A DNA stretch of 64,000 bases from Lama glama (taxonomy: Eukaryota). Positions 38,524 through 51,829 of the stretch are shown piece by piece. A program made the translations under genes and the position numbers. Location: NCBI GenBank assembly GCA_028534125.1, contig CM052817.1, forward strand, positions 88,104,001 through 88,168,000, written 5' to 3'. The notes beneath the pieces are model-generated. The model did no database searches. It had not been told where the DNA came from and saw only the letters and a program-made list of their open reading frames with translations. Numbering within the stretch: position 1 is the stretch's first letter; each line of letters begins with the position of its first letter.

Positions 38524-40170
38524 TGGTCTTTGCTGTCCTGTCCTGTCTGTCTTTGCTGTCCTGACTGACTGTGAACATATTACAAGCACCCCTTAAATTC
38601 AGGTCATCTTATTCTTTGTTGAATGGTTGAAATAAATATTCTCATTTTCCAGTCTTGTCAGGAGAGAAAACTGGCAATGAGGAAAATGATGTAACTGGAA
38701 TATGGGATAAGGACATGTGGGGCCTTTTATGGTTCTTCTAAGAAAAGAGTGGTAACTTTGAGTTTCTAGGCAACGGTTTATCAAGAGAAAACCCTGTGGT
38801 TGATTCAGGGTGCTTCATAAAATAAAGGATCTCCTGACAGAATATCACTCACCACAGCCCTACAGATAGCACATACTGAAGTCCATCAGTAACCATATTT
38901 TCTAAGAGTGAAGACTGGGTGAGCATTTAATATGCACTACCCCCACTCTCCTCCCTGGATTATAACCTCTTCAAGGCCATTAATGATGTCCCCTATTGCT
39001 TTGGAAGAGTGTATACGTAAGTCTGGCCATACTGAAAATGTTCTGTAATGATTTGATGATTTTTTAAGTGCATAGCATCCAGGGGGAATATCTTAAAGGA
39101 TGTGTTCTGAAGTCAAAATGGTTATTTAAATTTATAACAGGGAAGAGCATAATGTTGCTTCTTGTAGTGTTTTTCATGTCCTCATGCTGAACTTGCAGAT
39201 GAGAGTTGTTCTTCGTATGAGGAAAGGCTCCTTGCAAGCATACATAGCAACGTGACAGACAGAACTGACATCTGCTGGGATTCTAAATCTTGCAGAGACT
39301 AATAATAGATGACACATTAAGAATAATTGACAGTGTCATTGTGAAGTATTTATAACAACAGCAAAAGGGACTTCGACTGATAGCTGGTGGAGAAGGCAAG
39401 GGACTGTCAGAGGGAAATAAATGATTTCATAGGTGTTAGGCTTCAAATCTACCTTAATAAGCCCTCAGTTCGTGTGATAAGTGAATAGTCTGAGTGTTCA
39501 TACTAGTTTTCTTTTCCCATTTTCCCACAGAACAAACCACATGATAGGCTTTAATAACATTCAGGAGAGTGGGCAGTTTCTACATTAGAATATGAGTAGA
39601 AAAGATCAGTAATCTATTTATGCTATATGGTTATCGCTAGTTTATGTTATGCCATTATTACTGACATATATGTTACATTTAGACATAGACTGAGCTGGCA
39701 TCAAATACTTTTAAAAGCACCTGCCTACACTGTCCTTATTTTAGCCATTAAGATGAAAAACATCTTTTAACAAATGACATTATTGTAATTAGCACTCCTT
39801 ATAATGATTTTGGGGAGGTGATAATTAGTTTAATCCTATTAGCTTTTAAACAGAAAGAATTAATGAAAAATGCATGTTGATAGGTACTTGGAATTTGGGA
39901 CTTGACCATAAAAAATTATAGCTTATGTCAAGGAGAGGCATGCCATAAAGAAAAGTAATCAAGGTATTTCACACAAATTTTATTGAATTAAGTTAAATAT
40001 CTGTTATAGAAAGGAAGCACTATATATGGTGGGTTAGAATGACTAAAATTTGGTCCTAGCTCTGCTGTTTACTGAAGTCTAACTCTCTAAATCTGCTTCA
40101 GTTTTATTTTAAGGCTCAAATAAAATAATGTATGTGAAACTATCTTACACACAATAAAACACTATATAAT

Positions 40171-40545
40171 TGTGCCAGAGGTGGTCAGCCATCCACAAAG
40201 GTTCCTATTTTCTCTTCCATAGAATAGAATGCCAAGCATTGCTACTCTTCATTTTTTGCACATCTAGAGAGTCTAGTTCACAACATTGGTGAATGAAGTG
40301 TGTAACATTTCCATGTCTTGGGCAAAACAAGAATGTCTTTACCATGATTTCTGTCCATCTGTCTAGTCTGCTTACTGAATACAAAAGACTTGGAAAATCA
40401 GAAGGAGTCTAGGTCCCTGAGTCATCACATGAAAAGACATGATCTTGCCATGAATGTGTTCAATGGGCTGTAATGTGAACAAGAAATAATTGTGTGAAAA
40501 TAGTTGAAATCTGAGATTTGCTTTTTTCAGAATCTAGCATTGTTA
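40171..40545 (+). mobile_element. Old MaLR LTR (MLT1I/J-like)
   Basis: gaaggagtctaggtccctgagtcatcacatg...tgtgaacaagaaataa...ctgagatttg. Confidence 0.55.
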
Positions 40546-43500
40546 CAGAATCTAATACATTCATACAAACATTTTGAATTAGCCTTCATGTAGTAACATA
40601 TTAATATATTCACCTGTGCTAAGCATATATATTCTTTAAAATGCTTTTGTGAAAAAGAGATGCCAAAATTTCTATATATCACACAGAGGATCATTTTGGA
40701 AGATTTCCTACATATTTCAGTTTTATAATCTAGGAAATAAAGACATTTGGAAGTATAAAGGAACATATTTCTTATGAATGAGGAGGCTTTAGGCAACCGT
40801 GAATATAAATGTGGTCACATTAATATGACTCCCTCATTTCAGCTCTTGTCTTCTACCTACCGACTCTTGATATTAGACATGTGTCAAGTTTCCATTCCCA
40901 TGTAGTACTAGGTCTACCCAAGGAATAATTTACTCCTGTCCAAAACTTTGGTGGACTCCTGTCCACAATTTCCCACTCCTGCTACCCTTTATTTTTCACT
41001 ACCGTGCATCAGGCATGATTTGCAGACACCCTGGTAGCTTAGCTTTGGCCCTCCAATGGCATCCTTTAGAATACCAAGATCTGCTTCTGCAAATTGAGTT
41101 GCATATTAGGCTACAGGCAAGTTGATCTACAGTGTCCTGGTGTCTTGCTTGATAACACTCTTACAGAGTGAGAACACGCTTCTTTCCTTCTGTGTTATAT
41201 TCAGTAAAATGATCAAAGAATGTTGTATTCTAGTCTACCTAAGGGCCCATAGAAGTATTGCTTAGAATATGCAACAATACAGCAATAAAATATTGCTGCA
41301 TATTTCATATCAACACTTTTTTTCTTTTCTTCTTCCTTTCTTCCTTTCTTTCTTTCTTATCCACATGCATTTCCAGACTGGTTGGGTCTCTAAAGATCCA
41401 AGGAATAGCCACATGGCAAACCCATGCACAGTGCCCCTCTTCAGACCATCTAGAAGTGTTGCTAATACTGGTGTTCATTCTAGATTTCTCTCACTTAACG
41501 ATCTTATTGTCTGTCTATAAAAAACCTTCAGTTCCTTCCACCACATCTTTATATGTCTGAATCTTATATGTGAAATAGAATTCACATGTCTTCTCACCTG
41601 CCACCCACCGAGGAGCCTTTATGCAAACCACCTTTGCAGATAGTTACATAAGGATGCTTCACTTGACAGATGAATCCAATCCTTGTCCCTGGCCCAACCT
41701 GTATAAAGTGTTGCAAAAATAAACATTATTTGTATTTGTTTACTTGTTTCTTTTGAAATTATTTTAAAATTTTATTGCTGTTTTTGGAAGAAAACTTAGT
41801 TTTAAGCTAATTTTCTGTAAAGTAGCTCACCCATCCCTAATGTTAGCTCTAATTTCATGCAGGGTGAGGATGGAATGTGCACATCTCATGTGGAAATAAT
41901 CTTTTTCAGGACTGAAACCAAATTAAAAGAAAAAAAATTGTTTAAGTAACTACCCATGAGGGATAATCCTTTAATGCATTAGCTAGCTGACAATCACTCA
42001 TGAAACACTACAAGTTTTAAAAGCATATTTCCTTATTTCTATGTTCTCCTGTTTTTAAAAGAGTTTTTAAAAGTATTTCCTTATTTCTATATTCTCCTTT
42101 CATCTTCATCCTAAATTTCAGTCTTTAGAAATTGATTTTAAAAGGTACAAAGAAATACCTGAAGTCTAGAAGTTTCACATTAGAAAGGTTATTTTCTAAT
42201 TATTAATGAACTATGGTGCTTCTAAACACACAGATATAGAATAAAAATGGCAAAGAAGCAGGAAGGAAAAGTGCATTCAATTCTTAGGAGTATATAATCA
42301 CTTCAAACAGATTGACATGCAAAAAGAAATTCTCAGAACGTTTCAGAAAAAAACTTTACATAGCAGTTCATTGAAAGGCCAGTTTTAGTTATTCAATTTC
42401 ACATTTCCAAAAACTCTTGACATTTATATATTACCATAGTGGCAGCACAGTGAATATCTCCAAAGGGAGATAGTGTGTCTTGTGATGCACTAAGTGTTAT
42501 AAAGGACCGTCATTTTGCAATTTCAGATTAAGTCAATAAGTGTATTACCATGTAAGCGGTTTTCATGACAGAAACTCAATAATCACTTGTTTAACCCAGA
42601 CTGCACACTGTGGAATTGTCCAAACCATATAACCAATCCAGTAGGATGAGTAAGTTAGGATACACATCTAGTAACCTTGTTTTTTATGGGAAATAATGCA
42701 ATTAGAAAATAATCCATATTTTATATATGTATATATGAGAAAATATCTAGTAGCCTTCTTATAGGAAATAGTACAGATAAAATTTATTCTGGTTACCTAC
42801 ACACAGAAAAAACTACCATATACACCGTTTCCAAATTAGAAGGAGCAGTAGATATTAAAGAAATCAGTAATTTTGTCAATAGCTAGCTGCTGAGACGTGC
42901 TCAAAAAGGAAGAGAAATTTTGTCCTATTACCTATAAATTGAATCTCTAGGAAATAAGCTTTCCATATAAGATATCCTTATCTTTTATAAATGTAGATTG
43001 GTTTTAAGGATACATTGATATCTGTTATCTTATTGGTTATCAGAAACCCTGTGAGCAATTTTTGTAACAACCTTATGGGGGAGACTGCCAGGTCAAATGG
43101 CTGCAAAAGTGAAATACGGTTCCCTAGCACTCTTGTTTTACTCTGGAAGCAGAGGTCTCTGCTGATAGGATGATGTGCAGACATGACTACACACCCTAAA
43201 TGTGGTCTGACAGGTACATTAAAGAAAGGTAAGGGTTTCTATCTTGTGCTAGGTTAAAACGTTCTGTGATTGCCAAAAAAATATTGAAAGGAGGCTTTCC
43301 AATAATGATAAATAAAACATTTCAATCTAGACCAATTACCCTCTAAGCACAACAGTGTTATTACTGAAACATTATTATTTATTTAAAAGAATATTTTCTC
43401 AAAATCAAAAAGTATATGTTGGTAAATATTAAATATATTTCATATTCAATATTTTCCAAAGAGATATGAGGCTATTTTGATAAAAACAAATACTTTAAAA

Positions 43501-43972
43501 GGGATGTTGTAAAAATATTTGGAAACTGGATATTAGAGTCAGTATCTAGTTTATTTCAATATTTGACTTTGTTTAGAACCAAGAAAACACTGTTTCAAGC
43601 ACATAATAATAGAAAATATTTACTTCTAATAACTCAAAATGTTTGTAAAATTTTAATTAAATACTAATCAAAATAGCTGAAAGAATGCTAGAATATGTTT
43701 GCTTTTAGATGAATTATGGGTCATATTTAATAATTATTTCCATTCTTTACATAATTATTAAAGTAAAACAACTGTAAACAACTATGAAACTATATGTAAT
43801 GTGATGCTGTCGTTATAGGACATGCTGTTTACTGGGCAGCTGACAATTACTGTGATGATGTTATGGAAAAAGTTATATAAACTATATTTATTTGACTGAA
43901 GTACATATATGTTGTACTATTTGATTCACTTGTTAAAGCTTGGGTCTAAAAGAAATACAACCATGAAGTTTT

Positions 43973-44677
43973 TAAAATTTTTTTTTAATTGAAGTATAGT
44001 CAGTTTACAATGTTGTGTCAATTTCTGGTGTTCCACATAATGTCCCATTCATGCATATATACAGATACTCATTTTCATATTCTTTTTCATTAAAGGTTAT
44101 TATAAGATATTGAATATAGTCCCTGTGCTATACAGTATAAATTCGTTGTTTATCTATTTTATATATAGTAGTTAGTATCTGCAAATCTCGAACTCCGAGT
44201 TTATCCCTTCCCTTACCCACTGGTAACCATGTTTGTTTTCTATGTCTGTGAGTCTGTTGTTTTGTTTTGTATTAAGTTCATTTGTCTTTTTTCTTCAATT
44301 CCACATATAAGTGATATCATATGGTATTTTTCTTTCTCTTTCTGGCTTTCTTCACTTAGAATGACGATCTCCAGGCCCATCCATGTTACTGCAAATGGTA
44401 TTATTTTATTCTTTCTTATGGCTGAGTAGTAGTCTATGGTATAAATATACCACAGCTTTTTTATCCAATCATCTGTTGATGGACATTTAGGTAGCTTCCA
44501 TGTCTTAGCTATTGTGTATAGTGCTGGTATGAGCATTGGGGTGCATGTATCTTTTTGAATTAAGGTTCCCTCTGGGTATATGCCCAGGAGTGGGATTGAT
44601 GGATCATGTGGTAAGCCTATTTTTAGTTATTTTAGGAGTCTCCATACTGTTTTCCATAATGGCTGCACCAAACTACT
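43973..44677 (-). mobile_element. Young 5'-truncated L1 with TSD; ORF2p C-terminus
   Basis: ORF 44240..44536 ALYTIAKTWKLPKCPSTDDWIKKLWYIYT...LSEESQKEKEKYHMISLICG; TSD aaccatgaagtttt 43959-43972 / aaccattaagtttt 44678-44691. Confidence 0.95.
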
Positions 44678-47600
44678 AACCATTAAGTTTTAGACCAATG
44701 ATATTTATATAGAAATTTAAAACATATGCAGAGAAAGGAGAAGCCATATCCTTAGAAATGCAAAACATGTTAATCTGATAGTACAAATTAATATATTTAT
44801 GGTATCCAATTCAATATATATCCAGAATGTGAGTCATGTTAGTGTGTGCATGTTACTGGTGCTGGAGGTAACAACTTTAAGTAGTTAAGTATATTTAGAT
44901 GTTGACATTTAAATCAAATAGACTACACCAAAAAATTAGCAGAAAGCACCTTTTTAGCACTTTTAAGAGGAAAATGTAATAACGTCCTGAAAATAAAGGA
45001 ATAGACATACCCCAAAATGCATTCACTCATCAAGGTCACTACTAAGATATAGACTGAAAGAATTAAACACATCACTAATCACATAATTTTTGACTGAAGA
45101 GTGACTTAAGCAGTGGGTGGAATAATGTCCTGCATTAATTTTTTATTTCTTTCAAGCAAAGTGTGGATATTTAATTGACATAAGTGCTGGTGATATAATT
45201 TTGTGTCTTATCCCATAATAAAGCTACAAAAGTCAATACCGTTAAGTTTGGGAGACCCCCTCATCTTAAAATTTTATTGCCCATTAACCACTAATGTTTG
45301 CTTGTCAGTACACTTTGACACCTCGCCCTTGGTCTCCTCTTTCATTTCTACCAATTTTCTTTCTTATACACTCTGCTGCACACAAGTCCACCTCTCTGGT
45401 GACCTCATTGCTTTTTCCTGCTTTTGCTTGTAGTGTTATTGTCCTCCATGACTTTGCTCCCTTAATAATCTTTATTTACCCACCATAATAACTCTCTTTT
45501 GGTATAATATAGTTTACTAGTTATAAATACATATGAGTGAATGACTTTCAACTATTTTGAAGTACAGGGAAAACATGTGAAACCATAAACCCTGAAAGCA
45601 AAATTTGTAAATATTATTATACTTTATCATCTCACCACAAAAATTAATACTTATAGCCATAAACCACCACTTTGTGAAAGCGTCTAGTTTTATCCTGACA
45701 ATTACTAGAGTTGTTGATTGATTTTTACATAATTTTTTACAAAATTTATTAATGAGTTCAGAATCTCAAAACATAAATAAAACAACTCTGAAAGCCACCT
45801 ACATGTAAAGAAACAGAAAATAGATTATAGTGTTGACATGAACTCAAAGTTTATTTTAGAAAAGTGTAACTTCCCCTAAACCTTTAGATGTTAGATGCCT
45901 TTTAAAAACAATTTTAATTAGAGTTATTAATTATTTCATCTTTCTCTCATGATTATATACTTTACTTTTCACAATTATATATTTTAATTCCTAGTGAGAC
46001 TGACAAATCAATACAAAGGAACCACTATTCACTACTCACTAAGCTGCTTACAACACATACAGAATAACACCCATGGTGTTCTGAAGGGCTTTCTTTCCTT
46101 CTTAGGTATTCTTTGTACTAGAAATTAGTTTCTATTTTAATTTTTATTCTCATTGACAAATATCCTTAAAGAATGTATTCTGTAAGATCTCTACTTTTCC
46201 ACTCTATATTAGTTATCCATAATTACTCATAAATCAAAGTGAATGGAGATTTTTTTTAAGTAAAATTTTGGAAAAATATGGAACTTCTAAAGATTGCAAC
46301 TGGTTATTTTATATTTACTGTGAACCCTGTGTGTAACTGGAAAATATTGCATTAAAAACATCAATCTCAATTATTATGCTGTTAAAATTAGTGGTAGTAG
46401 AAGCCTAAAAATCAAAGTTTTTTTTCCTACAACCAACATTTATTCATTCAATTTTGGCAATTATTAGATACATATTCTATATTTTTATTAAAATAATTTC
46501 AATCGGCTCACCTAATGCTACCAGCTAGTTTATATTCTACAAAATATCCCTCCTATTTGTAGTCATGAGATTTGAATTCTTGTATTTTAAATTGTAGTTA
46601 TATGCACAGGTCAAAAAACCTTATCACTGAAAATTCCTCATGTTGTCACCAAAGCTTTCTTACATTCTCTAAGACTTTTATAAAGAAAACTTATACTGGG
46701 AAGATAAGGAAGCTCATTGTGTTTTCTAGTTAGAGCTGCTACACAGAGCTGTGATCTGTTATCCACCTGAGAGCCATGAATGTGTGGAAACAGCTTTGCC
46801 CTGCCATGTCCTATAATTATGTAATAAAAAAAGCCAAGTTACTTCAGCACATAAAGTGGTTTAAAGTGATTAATTTTCTGAAAGCTTAAATTGAAGGTGC
46901 ATGAGAATCATTAAGGCCATGCTTGACCTGAGTTTGTGAAAATACATTACTGTCCTTCTCATAGATCTCTTAAAATCTAGCACTTTTTGGGAATATTCTT
47001 TTTAATTATTAAGAACCACAGGTATATCTGTATAGCTATTTGTATTCCAACTCACCACATGAAATATACTTTTTTGTGCAAAAGTTTTTGTACATTCTCT
47101 CAGGACTACTCATACCTTTAAAGTGATTCTTCATTAGAAAATAGAAAAAAAAGATTCTTCAATGGTATAATATTAAATCATTATGAGTTATTAAACATTG
47201 CTAATACCTCTAGACACTGTGTGAGATATTGTTAGAATATAGCATCTAGGTTTTTCTTCTTCACCCTTTTAGTGTAGTTGGGCGAAAGAGCTGACTGAGC
47301 CTGACAAAGTGGGTGCTACTACCCGTTCCTCAACAGTTAATACTCTCTATCACGACCCTGAGCACTGATGTTAGGTCTCTGTTCATACAGTCGCTGAACA
47401 CTACTGGAACCTCCTGGCCCACATTCTCACTTCCTTCATTGCCAAAGCATCACTGAAAAGTACGGCTGTATGCGATAGATCATTACTAAATTTTGGCAGT
47501 AAAAGAAAGTTATTGTAAGGCAGGTAGAAACCAATTTCAAACTGAAAGCATGTATCACTGTTCCTAAAGTCTCGGTGGTCACGCCACGATGGGAAAGGGA

Positions 47601-49440
47601 AGGAAGCTCAACATCCACCAGCACGGCAGCCTTCACTCCACCCCTGCCAGCCCTCTGCCGCTCCCACCTCGCCTCAGCTTCTTCCCAATCTTTCTTCAAG
47701 GATACCTACTCTATTTTCAAAGCAACCCCTGTCAAGCACAAAATCCCTCTTACATCACTTTACAGAGCGATTTAATTCTTAGTTATCTAAATACCGCCCA
47801 GGTAGCTATTAGCAAACTGATCTTGTGCCTTGCCTTTCATCACCAAAGAGGCCAATAACGATTTTTTGTTTTATTCCCAGCAAAGATTAATTTTCTTTCT
47901 ATGAATGATACTGCCACCTTCTCAGAGTAAGTCATTTAAACTGCAAGCAACTTTTTAAAATAATATTTTTCTTTTCCTTTTTCCACTAACCTGGTCAGCA
48001 TGGAGCATTCAGTCAAAACCTGATATATTCATTTGTTAACATTACACTGTCATGCAGTGTGTACCCTTTTCAAACACTGAAAAGAGTGATCTCATATTAA
48101 AATGTGTGATTAGGTTTTTCTCAAAGGGACACTTAAATGCTCTTTTTTCATATTGTGGAATACAGTCAATCTAAATGAAACATGTTCAACATTGAACTCT
48201 TGATGTATTCAGTGATATCACCATTTATATTTGTATCCACACATGTTACTTGAAATGTAACTAGATCTATCAGTGAAATATAACTGGCTTTATCTGTGTG
48301 TGTTTGGTTAATAATATGAACTTACACTAAAATGAGAAAGTGAAATAACATATTTAACAACAACTTAATAACATTTTTATATATAAAGGTATTTTCTCCA
48401 AGAAACAGGTGCTATATCTGCCTTTTAATATTTATCATAAAGTTCACATGTAGACTTTTATTTGATTTTGTCACAAATGACAAGCACACAATCTCTTTGT
48501 TTTTCTTCCCTCCAGCTGACCTATAAAAATGTTTGCCAAAATAGGAGGGTACTGTTAATGAAGATTCTGACAGCTGCATCATAACATTAATTTTCCACCT
48601 CTAATTGTTGTTTTTGACAATTTTTGTAGTTCTTTTTTAGTCTAATACTCAAATAAACTTTACTGATTGGCACCATCGCATGACAGGCATATCTGAATTA
48701 AGATAAAAAGAGAATTATTCATAACAATATCACAGAGATCATTAATTAATCCTATTTTTTATTAACAAGGCAGACAAGCAAATTCATGGAAGACTGCATT
48801 AGTGGAGAGGTGCTAATTGAAAGATCACTCGCGTGATGGCAAGTTTTAAACATCAAAACTTAAAGAAGCCAAAAGTGATAGAATTCCTGAAGAGGGTCAT
48901 TATAGTTGAAGACAGAAAGTACTTAGTACATCAGAACCACATCAAGTAAATAAAAAGGACAAATAAGTAGAAATGAGTCATAAGAAAACACATTTTCACT
49001 CAGTTGCTACATAAAACTTTCCACATGGTAAAAATGTTGGATTGGAAGCAATCCAGTAAACCCGACTTTTTACTCAGTGTTCAAAATTTATATTGTCATT
49101 GTGATTCTACACCTATTAGCATAAAGTTTAGGAATAATATAACTAATATTCAAAATGAGTAACCTACATTAATTTTTCTGATTTCCCAGATAATTAAAAT
49201 ATCTGAAGAGTTACACAAATTCATTAAAACACAGTGCACTTTCCATCGGTCTAAGAAAATTGTCATTGACCAGGAACAGTATCTAAAATGTTACCTTTAA
49301 AATACAAAAGACAATTTGTGGCACCAGTAAAGGCTCCATCCTTCATCTATTGAAAAAAAGAATATTAGGCATTCTAATTATTAAGCAAAATTGAAAGGGA
49401 GACATGTATATATGTAGTATGGCAAAGTCCCATGAACTTC

Positions 49441-49461
49441 TTTTTTTTTTTTTTTTTTTTT
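49441..49461. repeat. Poly(T) run, 21 nt
   Basis: Seen directly. Confidence 0.9.
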
Positions 49462-51027
49462 AGTGTTTTGCTTTTCTTTTATAAGAAAAAAAAAGCAGAG
49501 AACTTCCAAATCTTGGAAAAATCACACAGAGGATAATAACCATATCAGGGCAAAATTCTAGCATGCATTTAAAATTTAAAAAGACAAAACTGTATTCATT
49601 TAAATCATATTGAGCCCTACCAAATATATTGACATAGGCAGAATTATTTTATATGGGGAAGTTTCACTTTCTCACAAAACAAAAAAAATGAGGGCAGTCA
49701 ATTAACATTCTACCAAGCTAGTTTCAGTGTTCTTCATTAGCTAACTTTCAATTCTCCATATCAAACCTGTCTTTCTGCTAAAGGTCTCTGTCAGCTGAGT
49801 AATCCACTTAAAACAATTAGCATTCTACTGGTATTAGAACAAGATGTGTAAAACAGAGATATAACTAGAGACTCATCAACATGATTGGGATTCCTTAAAA
49901 GTAAGTGTACCCAGGTCAATATATTCTGCAGTTCCAACAACATTTCAGGTTAAATACAGTCACAGACTGCACTGTGTTACTTCTACATTCTCTATAAACA
50001 AACGTATTTTTGTCGTGGACACTCCATACTTTTTCAAAAGAGCAGTCAAGTATTCCTCTCTTTTTTTAACTTCATAATCCTTAAAGGAAATTTCCCCACA
50101 ATTATATTTAAAGGACAATTATTTCCGTTTCCTCTTCTCAGAAAGATGTTTATTAGGTGCCGATTATGGATGAGATGCTGCATTGCACCTTCACACATTA
50201 TTTTCTTTAAGTGTGACAACAAATCCATGAGGGAGAGACTGTTTATCTTCTTATTTCAAGTTTCAAACTGTGTGTGCACTGCAGTTCTTCTCAAAAATGA
50301 AGCATCTGTGATATTGGATAATGTTGTCTTGTTTCATCATTCAGTGGTCTAGCAACTGTAACATATCATCTTTCTGTTATCTGATGATTTTAATGAACAC
50401 TGCACAAAAGTCCCACTGAAGAAAGGGAAGGTGTAGCCTTGAGCGTTCTTTCCACTTGCTCAGTATTACCTCCTAAGACCCCAACGGCTGAATCAGAAAG
50501 AAATAATTCAGGATTTTTTTAATTCAACACATATTTACTCTATTTCTATGTTTTAGGTACTGTTACCGACTGACTCTTGGAAAATTAGCCAAAAGAGCAA
50601 AAATTCTGGCCCTCATGGGTCTTATCATTTAATGGAGGAGCCATCTTCCCTGTCTTTACTCCATCAGTCGCCATGTACAGTCATTTGTGTACACAGCAAG
50701 CATCACTGGGAGGGCTAATGATCAGGTGACAAATGGAGCAGACAAGGTTTCTTCTTTCAGATAAGTTATACTCTAGTGGGATGAGAGAATATAAACAAAA
50801 ATAAGCAAATTACTGGGGCATGGAATGTGTTCATCTTGTTCGTCATTGTATACTCAGTGCCTAGATTGTACTGCCACTGTTACTAGAGAACAAAGAATTA
50901 ATCTACTGCAAACAACAAATTTTTTAAAAATTAACAAAAATTCTTATTAGATATTTTTATCCTCACAAGTTTCTCTTCCATGGTCATATGTCAGATCTTT
51001 TACCAAATAGATCCCTCACTCTTACTC

Positions 51028-51281
51028 TCCAACGTTCTCTTAGATCAGTCTACCTAGGCAATAGAAGTAAAAACAAAACTAAACAAATAGGACATAATTA
51101 AACTTATAAGGTTTTGCATAGCAAAGGAAGCCATTAGCAAAACAAAAATACAACCTACAGAATGGGAGAAAATATTTGCAAAAGTTGAGACTGACAAGGG
51201 CTTAATTTCCAGAATATATAAACAGCTCATACACCTTAATAAGAAAAAAACAAACAACTCAATGCAAAAAAAAAAAAAAAA
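51028..51281 (+). mobile_element. L1 ORF2 internal fragment ending in poly(A)
   Basis: ataattaaacttataaggttttgcatagcaaagg...cctacagaatgggagaaaatatttgcaaa...aacaactcaatgc then an A run. Confidence 0.88.
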
Positions 51282-51571
51282 CTGCTAAATATTACCTACC
51301 ATTACCCAGGTACAACCCAGGTAAGAGGAGAGACCACGTGGAGATTTCAGTTTCCAGGACAAATGCCCAATAGCTGTACTCACAATGAAGCTCTTTTGGG
51401 GATGGGTGTTGGATGGGAAGAGGTGGTGGTGTGGCTGAGAAATATTTTGGTTATGACTTAGAAAGGAAAATGAAAAACTAGAGTAGTTATTTTATCTGGC
51501 ATCTAAGTCTCTTTTGCCTCACAACTCAAACCACTCAAATAAACCAAATTACCCAAACTACAATCTCACAT

Positions 51572-51800
51572 CAGTGTTCTTAAAATTTTTGGCCTCAAGA
51601 CCCCTTTAACATTTTAGAAAATTGTTAACCCCAAAGCTTTTGTTTATTTGGTTATATTTATTGGCATTTATCAAATTAGAAATTAAAATTAAGAGACTTT
51701 AATACACAGAAATATGCAGACATATTTTTATTAGCCTTCTGAGCAATGACATTATTTCACGTCATGCAGAATCTAAACTTACTGCTGTATACTTGTAAAA
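51572..51800 (+). mobile_element. hAT-Charlie DNA transposon fragment (MER106/Charlie1-like)
   Basis: cagtgttcttaaaatttttggcctcaagacccctttaac...ccccaaagcttttgtttat resembles Charlie terminus. Confidence 0.65.
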
Positions 51801-51829
51801 GGTTTAATTACTAAAATTTAACTTAAAAT

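Noticed and set aside
47360..47460. C/D-box snoRNA (tgatg...ctga motifs)
   Set aside because: No complete RUGAUGA box with terminal stem, and no recognisable rRNA guide
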